Origin: Candidatus Marinacidobacterales bacterium
GTDB taxonomy: Bacteria; Acidobacteriota; Vicinamibacteria; Marinacidobacterales; SMYC01
Length of the DNA: 64,000 nt
Reading direction: 5' to 3'
Assembly: GCA_965262245.1 (NCBI GenBank)
Contig: OZ253507.1
Location: 8,220,911-8,284,910, forward strand
How positions within the stretch are numbered: position 1 is the first letter of the stretch; the number at the start of each line of letters is the position of its first letter. The position numbers were made by a program, and so were the translations under genes. Below the pieces are notes generated by a model that searched no databases, had not been told where the DNA came from, and saw only the letters and a list, made by a program, of their open reading frames with translations. This document shows, in pieces, positions 50,637 through 59,605 of the stretch.

Positions 50637-51071
50637 GTGATGCCGCAAGATACAGGGGTTGGCCGGAACGTCGTTTTGGACGGTTTGGACTTCGCCAGCT
50701 TACGGCGGGTCTGGGAGCAAACCTTTGGGGCTACTCCGCCAAGCTCGCTCTCGCGCGTTTTCCTGCACCGTGTTCTGGCGTACGAACGCCAGTGCCGGAC
50801 CCATGGCGGGCATTCGGCTACAACCCGGCGCATTCTGGCTGCCATGGCGAACGAGACACCAAGCTCCGGCGCTCCCGCAGGGTCCGTTTCTGCCGGTACC
50901 CATCTCGTCCGCGAGTGGAATGGCCGGACCTACCAGGTCGAGATACTCGACAGCGGCTATCGGTTCGATGGCAAAACCTATCCGTCCCTCACGGCCATCA
51001 CAAAGCGAATCACCGGAACCCACTGGTCCGGACCACGCTTTTTCGGTCTGACGCCCAAGCGCAAGGCCTAA
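50637..51071 (+). CDS. DUF2924-family protein, copy 1
   Basis: ..LDGLDFASLRRVWEQTFGATPPSSLSRVFLHRVLAYERQCRTHGG.. matches DUF2924. A third truncated copy lies at 4060-4180. Confidence 0.6.
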   Translation: MMPQDTGVGRNVVLDGLDFASLRRVWEQTFGATPPSSLSRVFLHRVLAYERQCRTHGGHSATTRRILAAMANETPSSGAPAGSVSAGTHLVREWNGRTYQVEILDSGYRFDGKTYPSLTAITKRITGTHWSGPRFFGLTPKRKA

Positions 51072-51072
51072 C

Positions 51073-51414
51073 ATGAAGAAAATCCGTTGCGCCATCTATA
51101 CGCGAAAGAGTGCGGAAGAAGGTCTCGAACAGGAGTTCAACTCCCTCGATGCGCAGCGCGAGGCCTGCACCGCGTATGTTGCGAGCCACAAGGCGGAAGG
51201 CTGGGTGCTGCTGCCAACCGTCTACGAGGACGCAGGGAGCTCGGGAGGAACCTTGGAGCGCCCGGGCCTGCAGCGCTTGCTCACCGACATCGACGCCGGT
51301 CTCGTCGAGCAGATCGTGGTCTACAAGGTCGACCGACTGACCCGTTCCCTCTCCGACTTTGCAAAGCTCGTCGAGCGGCTCGACGTGGGGCCGGCACCGG
51401 TTTTGTCTCGGTGA
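51073..51414 (+). pseudogene. large serine recombinase N-terminal catalytic domain, truncated by a family-A terminal repeat
   Basis: MKKIRCAIYTRKSAEEGLEQEFNSLDAQREAC...VVYKVDRLTRSL is the resolvase domain with catalytic Ser. Ends at 51414. Confidence 0.7.
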
Positions 51415-51681
51415 CCCCGTCCTGTGTCAAAACTCGGCCCTTTTGAAATAGACCACAAATCAGCAGCTTAGACGCCCTTGGAATCCGCGCAGAATCGAGG
51501 GTATTTCGCGCCGCAGGGCTGGCTTCCGACCCCTGAGCTGCGGGTGGCGAGCGACAGGCCCACCGGGGGTGCGCACGGCTGGCTCAAATCGGCTGCGGGG
51601 CGAGCTACGGGCAGTGAACTGCGCACCCGGAAGTCCCTCATTAGACTGGACTTTATCGAGCACAAGAGCGAACGTTCGGTG

Positions 51682-52113
51682 ATGCCGCAGGATACAGGGG
51701 TTGGCCGGAACGTCGTTTTGGACGGTTTGGACTTCGCCAGCTTACGGCGAGTCTGGGAGCAGACCTTTGGGGCTGCTCCTCCAAGCTCGCTCTCGCGCGT
51801 TTTCCTGCGCCGCGTTCTTGCGTACGAACGCCAGTGCCGGACCCATGGCGGGCATTCGGCTGCAACCCGGCGCACTCTGGCTGCCATGGTGAACGGGACA
51901 CCAGGCAACAGCGCCGCCGCAGGGTCCGTTTCTGCCGGCACCCATCTCGTCCGCGAGTGGAATGGCCGGACCTACCAGGTCGAGGTAATCGACAACGGCT
52001 ATCGGTTCGATGGCAAAACCTATCCGTCCCTCACTACCATCGCAAAGCGAATCACCGGCACCCACTGGTCAGGACCACGCTTTTTCGGTCTCACGCCCAA
52101 GCGCAAGGCCTAA
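51682..52113 (+). CDS. DUF2924-family protein, copy 2 (tandem duplicate)
   Basis: About 90% identical to copy 1. Confidence 0.6.
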   Translation: MPQDTGVGRNVVLDGLDFASLRRVWEQTFGAAPPSSLSRVFLRRVLAYERQCRTHGGHSAATRRTLAAMVNGTPGNSAAAGSVSAGTHLVREWNGRTYQVEVIDNGYRFDGKTYPSLTTIAKRITGTHWSGPRFFGLTPKRKA

Positions 52114-52115
52114 CA

Positions 52116-52240
52116 TGAAGAAGATCCGCTGTGCCATCTATACGCGAAAGAGCGCGGAAGAGGGTCTCGAACAGGAGTTCAACTCCCTCGATGTGCTCCA
52201 CAGGGGACGCCGCCGGATTAGGGTCCGGGATCCCTCCCGG
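52116..52240 (+). pseudogene. serine recombinase N-terminus, second copy, truncated after about 25 codons by an IS6 end
   Basis: MKKIRCAIYTRKSAEEGLEQEFNSLD, then diverges at the IS6-type end at 52245. Confidence 0.6.
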
Positions 52241-52244
52241 CGGT

Positions 52245-52350
52245 ACTGTCAAGTTGACGAAAAACTAGCTGACCGACCCCCAAGATACTGGGCTCGAGCC
52301 CGTCGTGAACCCGCCATGTTGGGCATCAGGAACGGCTGTCAGCCTCAACT
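52245..52350. repeat. 106-bp IS6-derived miniature element with perfect 16-bp TIRs (GGTACTGTCAAGTTGA)
   Basis: GGTACTGTCAAGTTGACG...CGTCAACTTGACAGTACC. Confidence 0.7.
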
Positions 52351-52579
52351 TGACAGTACCGTGCAAACTGCTGACCCGCTGGGCGTTCGAGTATTTTGAC
52401 CTCACGGGAAATCCTGTACACCGGAAATCAGTTATTTCAATGACGGTTATCGGGTAGCTGCCGCTCTCGGGTTTCAATCCGCCCCTTCGACGGCAACCTG
52501 CCAGCCGATCCTTCAGGCCCGTACGTTCGGGGACATCTTCGTGGGCACGCCTGCGTCGTCGGTTCGGCCGGGCCGGCTA

Positions 52580-53165
52580 CTACAGCAGTCCGTTCAGAAC
52601 CTTGAAGGCAGCCTCGAAGCGGTCAAGGGTCGCCCTGTTCAGTTTCGGTCCTAGCGTGGCGATGTTCTCGGCGAAGTAGCGAGCTGGGCGATAGTGATCG
52701 AAGCTCCCGGTCTTCAGCGGGTTTGCCTTCAGCCATTCCTTAATGTTGACGAGGATTCGCGGAGGCTTGCCAAGGTCCTCCGGCTTAATCGGTTTCACCA
52801 GTTCGTTGGCGTATTCCGCGTTGACTGCGTCGAGGTATAGCTGGGGTTCGAACATGTCCTCGATGTCCGCCTCACTCGTGCCAGTGTACCGCGCGAAAGT
52901 GTGGACATTCTTCTTGGCCAGCAGTTTCTTCTTGTAGAGGTTCTCAATGCTCTGCTGGTCGCGCCGCTGAAAATCGATGAGCGTCGCGACCTTCATCTTC
53001 TTCTGTGAGCCGAGCAGAGACACGAACGTTGTTACCTTCTTGGATCCACCGACAGGCGTAATGGTCCAGGCATCGGAAAGGCCAATGCGTTGCTGGCTGG
53101 CCAGCACGCCGGACATAGTCGACAGGTAGAGGAGGTCGGAAACCCCTTCCACGATGAGGCAGTTC
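52580..53165 (-). pseudogene. C-terminal fragment of a Toprim/OLD-family (DUF4435-like) nuclease, N-terminus replaced by MITE F1
   Basis: ..NCLIVEGVSDLLYLSTMSGVL...ITPVGGSKKV.. is Toprim-like. The MQRDTYTSPTANSAST start is a MITE read-through. Lower-GC segment. Confidence 0.4.
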
Positions 53166-53167
53166 GG

Positions 53168-53334
53168 GGTGCTTGCGCTGTTTGCTGTTGGTGATGTGTA
53201 CGTATCCCTTTGCAAAAAAAGAGCTTACGCGCCATTTACCGTGCGGCGAAGGTCGTGAGCGCTATTTTGGCTGTAATTTAATGCAGCGTAAAGTCTTAGC
53301 GTCATCTCACCAACACTTAATGGCGGAAGCACCC
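53168..53334. repeat. MITE F1 copy
   Basis: Same unit. Confidence 0.75.
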
Positions 53335-53340
53335 ACTCCT

Positions 53341-53592
53341 GCGCAATATCGCCAACGCCCTCTCCTGGCTCGACCGAATCAAAGCAGGCAAAACCTATGA
53401 GCAGATTGCCACCGAAGACGCCATCCCAACGGACCGCGTGCGCAAGGCAATCCGCTATGCCTTCCTGGCTCCCGACATCGTCCGCGCCATTGTCGAAGGC
53501 CGCCAGCCCGTTGGGCTGACCTCGAGCTACCTCTTGCATCATCCGCTTCCCGACGATTGGGAGAAACAGCAAGTGCTCGTCAAAACGCTGTG
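53341..53592 (+). pseudogene. 3' half of a split gene (HTH-like region plus conserved tail ..AFLAPDIVRAIVEGRQPVGLT..); 5' continuation lies at 8128..8212
   Basis: The 31 nt ACTCCTGCGCAATATCGCCAACGCCCTCTCC flank MITE F1 copies at both loci. Joined, they give one open frame ..VDRTLLRNIANALSWLDRIKAGKTYEQIA... Confidence 0.5.
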
Positions 53593-53921
53593 AGCCTGCC
53601 AGCGCCCACTCCGTGAATGGCCTCGGTTAGCAGCAAGCTGCTCTCCGACACTGGCCTCCACCAATCAGCCTCAAACTGGCCCAAATTCCCTGTCATGGTT
53701 TCCAGACTCGGATAGCTCCTTGTACTGGACCGTCTGCGGAGTCATCTTCGTTTCCTCCATAAAACTCCGCTGGATGAATTCGAGGTTTGGCCAATTCGAA
53801 TTCCGCTATTCGCCTTCTCCTCAGGCGCGATCTAGGCGTTAAGCGTCTTCTCATTGTCTGCGCGATTAAGTGGAAAAACGGGCCGATAAGCCCCAAAATC
53901 GCCCCAAATTGCACGTTAAGG

Positions 53922-54088
53922 GGTGTTTGCGCTGTTTACTGTTGGTGATGTGTAGGCATCCCATTGCAAAAGAGGCGCTTACGCTCCATTTAGCGCGCAG
54001 CGAAGGTCACGAACGCTATTTTGGCTGTAATTTAATGTACCGTAAAGTCTTAGTGTCATCTCACCAACACTTAATGGCGGAAGCACCG
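53922..54088. repeat. MITE F1 copy joined to internal IS5 sequence
   Basis: MITE end abuts the IS5 body at CCTGGTTGTCCGGATGG. Confidence 0.75.
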
Positions 54089-54090
54089 CC

Positions 54091-54900
54091 TGGTTGTCCG
54101 GATGGTGTACAAGCTCGCCTACCGACAAACCGAAGGCTTCTTGCACTCGATCGCCTCGCTGCTCGGGCTCGGTATCGAGATCCCGGACTACTCGACGTTG
54201 TGTCGGCGCTCGAGGTTGCTCCGCAAGAAGCTGCGGATTCCGAAAGCCGCGAGCACTCAACCCATCCACCTGATGATCGATAGCACGGGCTTGAGGATTC
54301 ATGTTGGAAACGCTCGCAAACCGCCAAAGCAGCGCGCATGGCGCAAGTTGCACATCGCCGTTGATCGCGAGACAGGGAACATTGTTGCGCCCGAACTGAC
54401 GGCGTCACGTGCTCGCGACGCAACCCGAGTCCCCGCTTTGCTAACACAGATTCAAGCACCTCTAGTGTCGGTGGCGGCGGACAGTGCATACGACAAGGAA
54501 GCGGTCTACGAAGCCATCGAAGCGCACAGTCCTGGACGAAGGACGCGCGTGGTGATTCCGCCGCAACGAAACGCGACGCTCAGTCAGAATTCGAACACCG
54601 CCATGCAGGAGCGCGATCGCCATATTCGTGCAATCGAAAGACACGGCCGACGTGAATGGTACAAGCTCTCAGGCTACACCAAGCGAAGCATGGTGGAGAA
54701 CGCGGTCTATCGTTACAGGGCGATCATCGGGCCGGAGATGCGGGCTCGAACGTTGGCGAGGCAACGAGTTGAACACCGAATTGGGTGCGAGATACTCAAC
54801 AAGATGGCTGCGCTCGGGATGCCCGATACGTACTGCGCCGGGTGACTCTGCAACCGGCACAGGGAGGTCAGCGATTTGCTCCGGGCCGTGCAACAACGCC
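54091..54900 (+). mobile_element. IS5-family copy, 5' truncated (transposase fragment 54102..54845), right TIR intact
   Basis: Starts MVYKLAYRQTEGF..; ends ..CGTGCAACAACGCC. Confidence 0.8.
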
Positions 54901-55023
54901 TGATCCCGGCCACAGTAGCGAAGGTTGCGGCCGCGCTTTTCGGGATGGAAACCCGCATAACTTCCCCTTGCCCTCAATGGCGACCTTCGAGCGCGTGTCC
55001 TGGCTCTGTTCATGCAATGAACG

Positions 55024-55619
55024 CTAGGGCCTTTTATGGCTCCGTCGATGGGCTCCGAGCCCCATCAACCGCATAAGACGCTGCACGCGCTTGCGGTTGA
55101 CGGCCGACCCCTCCGCTTTGAGTGTCTGTGTCATCATGCGGCTGCCGAAAAATGGATGCTTCAGATGTAGCTCGTCCATCCGACGCATCAATGCGAGTTG
55201 CTCGCCATCCGGCTCGACAGGTTCGTAGTACAGGCTCGACCGATTCACGCCGAGCAGCTCGCACTGCCAGCGCATCGACAGCGGAGCGTTGGGTTCGACC
55301 AACTCCCGCCGGGGCGTCATCGCAATCGACCGAGCCCGTGTGATAAAAATTCGCCGCTCCATCGTCAGCTCCCCGATTTTCTGAAGCAGTTCGGCCTCGC
55401 GCATCGAGGCATCGCCTCCGCCCACCTCTTCGGTCTCGAAAGCACGCGTGACGTTCTCCAAAAGCTGCCGCTTCCATTTGTAGATCTGGTTCGCGTGAAC
55501 CTTGTGCCGGCGGGATAGTTCCGCCACTGTCTCCTGCTCGCGTAGTACCGCCAATGCAACTTTCGCCTTGAAAACAGGGCTGTGCTTCGTACGATTTTTC
55601 TTCACTTTTCTCTGCTCCT
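55024..55619 (-). mobile_element. IS3-family fragment (OrfA plus start of OrfB), second copy of the element at 15459
   Basis: OrfA identical to 15533..15820; truncated at both ends. Confidence 0.75.
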
Positions 55620-56258
55620 CAGCGAGGCATCACGGTTTCCTACGAAGCGATCCGACTTTGGTGCATCAAGTTCGGGCCGGAATACGCTCGGCGACTGAAG
55701 CGTCGGCAGGGTCGTCTCGGTGACACGTGGCACCTAGACGAGGTCTTCATAAAGATACAAGGTGAACGCCAATACCTCTGGCGTGCGGTAGACCAAGATG
55801 GTGATGTGATTGATATCCTCGTCCAGCCTCGCTGTGATCAGAAAGCCGCCAAACGATTCTTCCGCAAGCTGTTGAAGGGGCAAGGCCGCCCGCCCTGGCA
55901 GCTGGTCACCGACAAACTGAGAAGCTACAGTGCCGCTCACCGCGAGGTCATGCCGTCCGTCGTCCACGACACTGACCAGTACAGAAACAACCTAGCCGAA
56001 GTCTCGCACGAACCGACGCGACAACGGGAACGACAGATGCGGAAGTTTAAAGCTCCTGGGCAGGCGCAACGATTCTTGACCGTGCACGGACTCGTGCAAA
56101 ACCTCTTTCGCGTCGGACGGCATTTGTTGCAAGCGCATCATCATCGGGAGCTACGAGACCGCGCTTTCATCGTCTGGCAGGAGGTAACCTGTGCCGTCCG
56201 ATGAGAGCAACGGAAATCAGCTCGACGCGATAGGTTCGCTCGCTCAACGTCAACTTGA
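55620..56258 (+). mobile_element. IS6-family partial copy (3' two-thirds, right IR intact)
   Basis: Matches 61010..61655. Transposase fragment 55806..56204. IRR GCTCAACGTCAACTTGACAATACCG. Confidence 0.8.
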
Positions 56259-56306
56259 CAATACCGTCGTGCGCCCCGCCGACGACGGCTTGAATCGGAC
56301 CGCCGC

Positions 56307-57959
56307 ATGACACCGAACGAGCTGGTCTTCACACCTTCCGGATGCACCGCGACGCTCGTTTCGGGCGAAAGCTTCGAGGTGGACCTGCCCGAGACGAATC
56401 TCAAGCAGGCTTTGAGCTGGATCCAATGGCTCAACGAAGCCCGTACCGAGGACGGGCGTCGACTGCCGTCGCTGGTGACCGAGGATGGATACGAAGTGTG
56501 GTGGTTCGTTCAAGATCGCCTGTTCACGCGGTTCCTCGTTCCGTACACACGGTACGAACGCGTCGTGTCGTGGGCATTGGAGGGCGCCACCGTAGTCGAC
56601 CCGCCTCCGGATTTGGAGCGGCTTCTGCGCATCCTAGCCCGCGCAAGCGAGAGCGTCACCGTCGTGCACCGGGCGCCTAAGAACATTCTCCGTTCCTGGC
56701 GACGGTGGCTGGGAGCGCCTCTCGTGCCGATGGCGGTCGTCGCTTCGTGGCTCGCCGCTTGGTGGTTTCGCGCTCGTGGGCGAGCTGTCGTGGTCTACAC
56801 GGTGGACATCGTGAGCCCCGGGCTGCGCCATGATTTCAGGATCGATCCGATCTACCGTGAGCTCGAACGCCGCGAGCTCAGCTACGGTGAGTTCGTGCAC
56901 TCGCTCGGAGGCGTTGGCGCAGTGCAAAATTTTTTCCGACGACGTCGCTTGAGCATCGACATGCAGGCGACGGCGATGCTCGAGACGCGCCCCGCCGTCG
57001 ATATGAGCGCCGCCGCTTCGATTCGAGCCGGCGATATGCCGGTTGACCGGGCACGATTCTTCTGTGCGCTCGCGCGTGAAGGCTGTCGCGCCAGCAGTGA
57101 AGCGGTCCGCAGGTACCGGGCTTTGAGACGCTTGGTGCGACTCCATCGGCCACGCTTCGCTCTCGTCCTCGACGATAGCCGGCATGCCCATGAGCTCGTA
57201 GCCGCGTGTCGCTCCGAAGGCGTGTACGTCGTGAGCTACCAGCACGGCCAGTTCAATCGATATTTTGTCGGCCTTATGGCGTACGGCTTTCTAGATGGAA
57301 AGCCGCACCGCGCAAACGCTTACGGACTTTGGAGTGATTACTTCCGCCATCGGCTGTTGCGTGACTCGCGACTCTACGACGCATCGACGACGTTCGTGTG
57401 CGGGATGCTGCGCTCGCCGGGGCCCGACGTCGAAGCGAAAGACCGATCTTCCGAAGGTCGCGTTCGCGTTCTCGTGGTCTCCGAGAGTAAGGGACGCACA
57501 GAAGAGGTCGTCCCGTTCGTGGCTCAGCTACTCGACCGCGAGGCCTACGAAGTAACCCTGAAACTGCGGCCCGGGGAACAAGCGCCGACGCTGTGGCGGC
57601 CGCTTCTCGAACGCGGCCTCGGTACGAGCGAGCAAAGCGTCTACGACGCGGTACGAGACTGTGACGTGGTGCTGGGAACCTATAGCTCGGTGCTCTATGA
57701 AGCAACCTTTTTCCTCAAGCCGCTAGTGGTGGTGAAGACGACGGTTCCGTTTGGGTTCGAGTTCGGGCAGGAGAGCTTAGCGGAGCGAGCGAGCGGTCCG
57801 GACGGCATCGAACAAGCCGTGGCCCGTGCGGTGGCTTTGCCGTCGTCCGAACTCGAGCGAAGACGCGCCGTCTTGTGGGGCGAGGGACGAGCGGACGGTG
57901 CTCGCCACCTCGTCGAGCACGCGCTCGCGCGGAGCACTACGTCTACGGACCGGTGGTGA
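56307..57959 (+). CDS. putative polysaccharide-biosynthesis transferase (membrane-anchored, GT-B / TagF-KpsS-like C-terminal domain)
   Basis: Predicted TM segment LGAPLVPMAVVASWLAAWWF. C-terminal ..DVVLGTYSSVLYEATFFLKPLVVVK.. resembles GT-B transferases. Confidence 0.35.
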   Translation: MTPNELVFTPSGCTATLVSGESFEVDLPETNLKQALSWIQWLNEARTEDGRRLPSLVTEDGYEVWWFVQDRLFTRFLVPYTRYERVVSWALEGATVVDPPPDLERLLRILARASESVTVVHRAPKNILRSWRRWLGAPLVPMAVVASWLAAWWFRARGRAVVVYTVDIVSPGLRHDFRIDPIYRELERRELSYGEFVHSLGGVGAVQNFFRRRRLSIDMQATAMLETRPAVDMSAAASIRAGDMPVDRARFFCALAREGCRASSEAVRRYRALRRLVRLHRPRFALVLDDSRHAHELVAACRSEGVYVVSYQHGQFNRYFVGLMAYGFLDGKPHRANAYGLWSDYFRHRLLRDSRLYDASTTFVCGMLRSPGPDVEAKDRSSEGRVRVLVVSESKGRTEEVVPFVAQLLDREAYEVTLKLRPGEQAPTLWRPLLERGLGTSEQSVYDAVRDCDVVLGTYSSVLYEATFFLKPLVVVKTTVPFGFEFGQESLAERASGPDGIEQAVARAVALPSSELERRRAVLWGEGRADGARHLVEHALARSTTSTDRW

Positions 57960-58917
57960 AAGTCACCGTGTTCGACAGCGGCGATACGTTGCCGGCATCG
58001 TCTATCACCTTAACGGCGAAGTAGTACGTGGTTGATGCCGCAAGTCCGGTTACGACCAAGCTGTGCGGCGGGCCCGGGAGTAGGCTCCCCGACGACCGGT
58101 GTTGCCGCTTGAAAGGTTGGCTCGCCGGTAATAGGTGACGTGGAGAAGCGATTGTCGAACGATGCCGCGGTGCCGACGCTTGCGTTGTCACAGGTGGCCG
58201 TCCAACTGAGGTTGGCTCGGTCGGGTTGGGGGAAAGCGCCCAACACCTCGACTTCGTTGATCTGGACGTAGAAGTTGCCGTCGGAAAAAGCGTTGGTCTC
58301 GTTGATATGGAGCCGCACGTGAAAGCCCACCATCGGCGCGGCAAACGTGAACTCGAACCACATCGCGGGAGATGCGGTGGCGACGAAGTCGTTGATGGTG
58401 TGCACGGTGGTGAACGGACCGCCAGCGCTGTTGCCCACTTGAATCTCAAAATCCCTCGGCATCAGAGTTCCGAGGGAGTGGCGTGAGCGCATGCGGAACC
58501 TGCCGACGTTGACGGGTGTGCCGAGGTCGAAGGTGACGAACTCGTTCTGCATGGATGCTCGCGCCGGCGTGGACCACAAGGTATTGACGTTGCCGTCGAC
58601 GAGAAAGCTCTTGTCACGATTGGTGTTCCACTGAAACGTTGGCGTCGTGTCGTTGGTGACGTCAATGGGGGCTTGTGTGAGGGCGACGAAGACGATCGTG
58701 ATGCCCACGAGCCAATGAGCCCGCCCGCCGATAGAAGATTCAACACGTGCAGGACGATGCCGAGCAGCGTCAGCCAACCCGCGCCCCACGCGATGGCGAA
58801 GGCCACGATCTCGCCGCGACCACGGGCCTCTCCAGGTTTGGCGAAACAAAAAGCGATGAGATAGCCCGGTACGAAAAGCAAGGCCACTCCCCAGAGGAGC
58901 AGCAGGAGCGGGCTCAT
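57943..58917 (-). pseudogene. membrane-anchored F5/8-type-C (discoidin) plus fibronectin type III domain protein, split over three frames
   Basis: TM-rich N-terminus (58917-58700); discoidin-like ..NTLWSTPARASMQNEFVTFDLGTPVNVGRFRMRSRH..; FN3-like LAASTTYYFAVKVIDDAGNVSPLSNTVTFTT in another frame. Confidence 0.5.
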
Positions 58918-59291
58918 CGTTACCGTTCGAGCCTATCGGCGGAGCCGCATTCGAGAGGCCGTCGCATCATGGACTCTCCGACGGACGCTTGCGGGCGACG
59001 ACGATGCTGCCGTAACCCAAAGAGCGAAAGAAGGGCGCCTTTCTCAGACGGTCTATCTGCGACTGCATCCAAAGGGCGCAGGGCAGCACCGACGCGAGAT
59101 AAGGCACGGGTATGCTGGGAGCCTCGAACCGAAGGATCTCGTAGCCGGCCGCTTCCACCTGCGCCGCAACACCCACGGATAGCGCCACACGTGTGGCAGG
59201 TCGCTCCGCCCCACATAGCAGCCTGTGGCAAAAGTCCGGGCTCGGGCAGGCTCTGAGTCGACGGTGGCGATCGAGTTCCGTACACTGAGGC

Positions 59292-59500
59292 ATGGCGATG
59301 GGCAAGAAACCGGCGGCGCGGCAGGCGTCACCGATGTGGGTGAACACGGAAGACCTTCCGACGAGCAGCGGTCATCCTTTCTTCGAGCGACTGAACCGGG
59401 TCCTGGGAGAGTCCGGGTTCGACGCCTTCGTGGAAGGGTTGTGCGCGGCCTTCTACGCGGACCGGCTGGGCCGGCCGAGTCTGCGCCTGGGTCGGTATTT
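59292..59500 (+). pseudogene. IS5/IS1182-type transposase N-terminal (InsH-N/DUF772-like) fragment
   Basis: MGKKPAARQ...SGHPFFERLNRVLGESGFDAFVEGLCAAFYADRLGRPSLRLGRY. Confidence 0.55.
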
Positions 59501-59605
59501 GCGGAAGCACCGTTCGGTGCATAACCTGTTGCCACTGTCACTATATACTGGTCAAGCCGTTATCTGGAAGCATGATCTTCCAAATTTGCGAGCGCTGCTG
59601 GGGAA

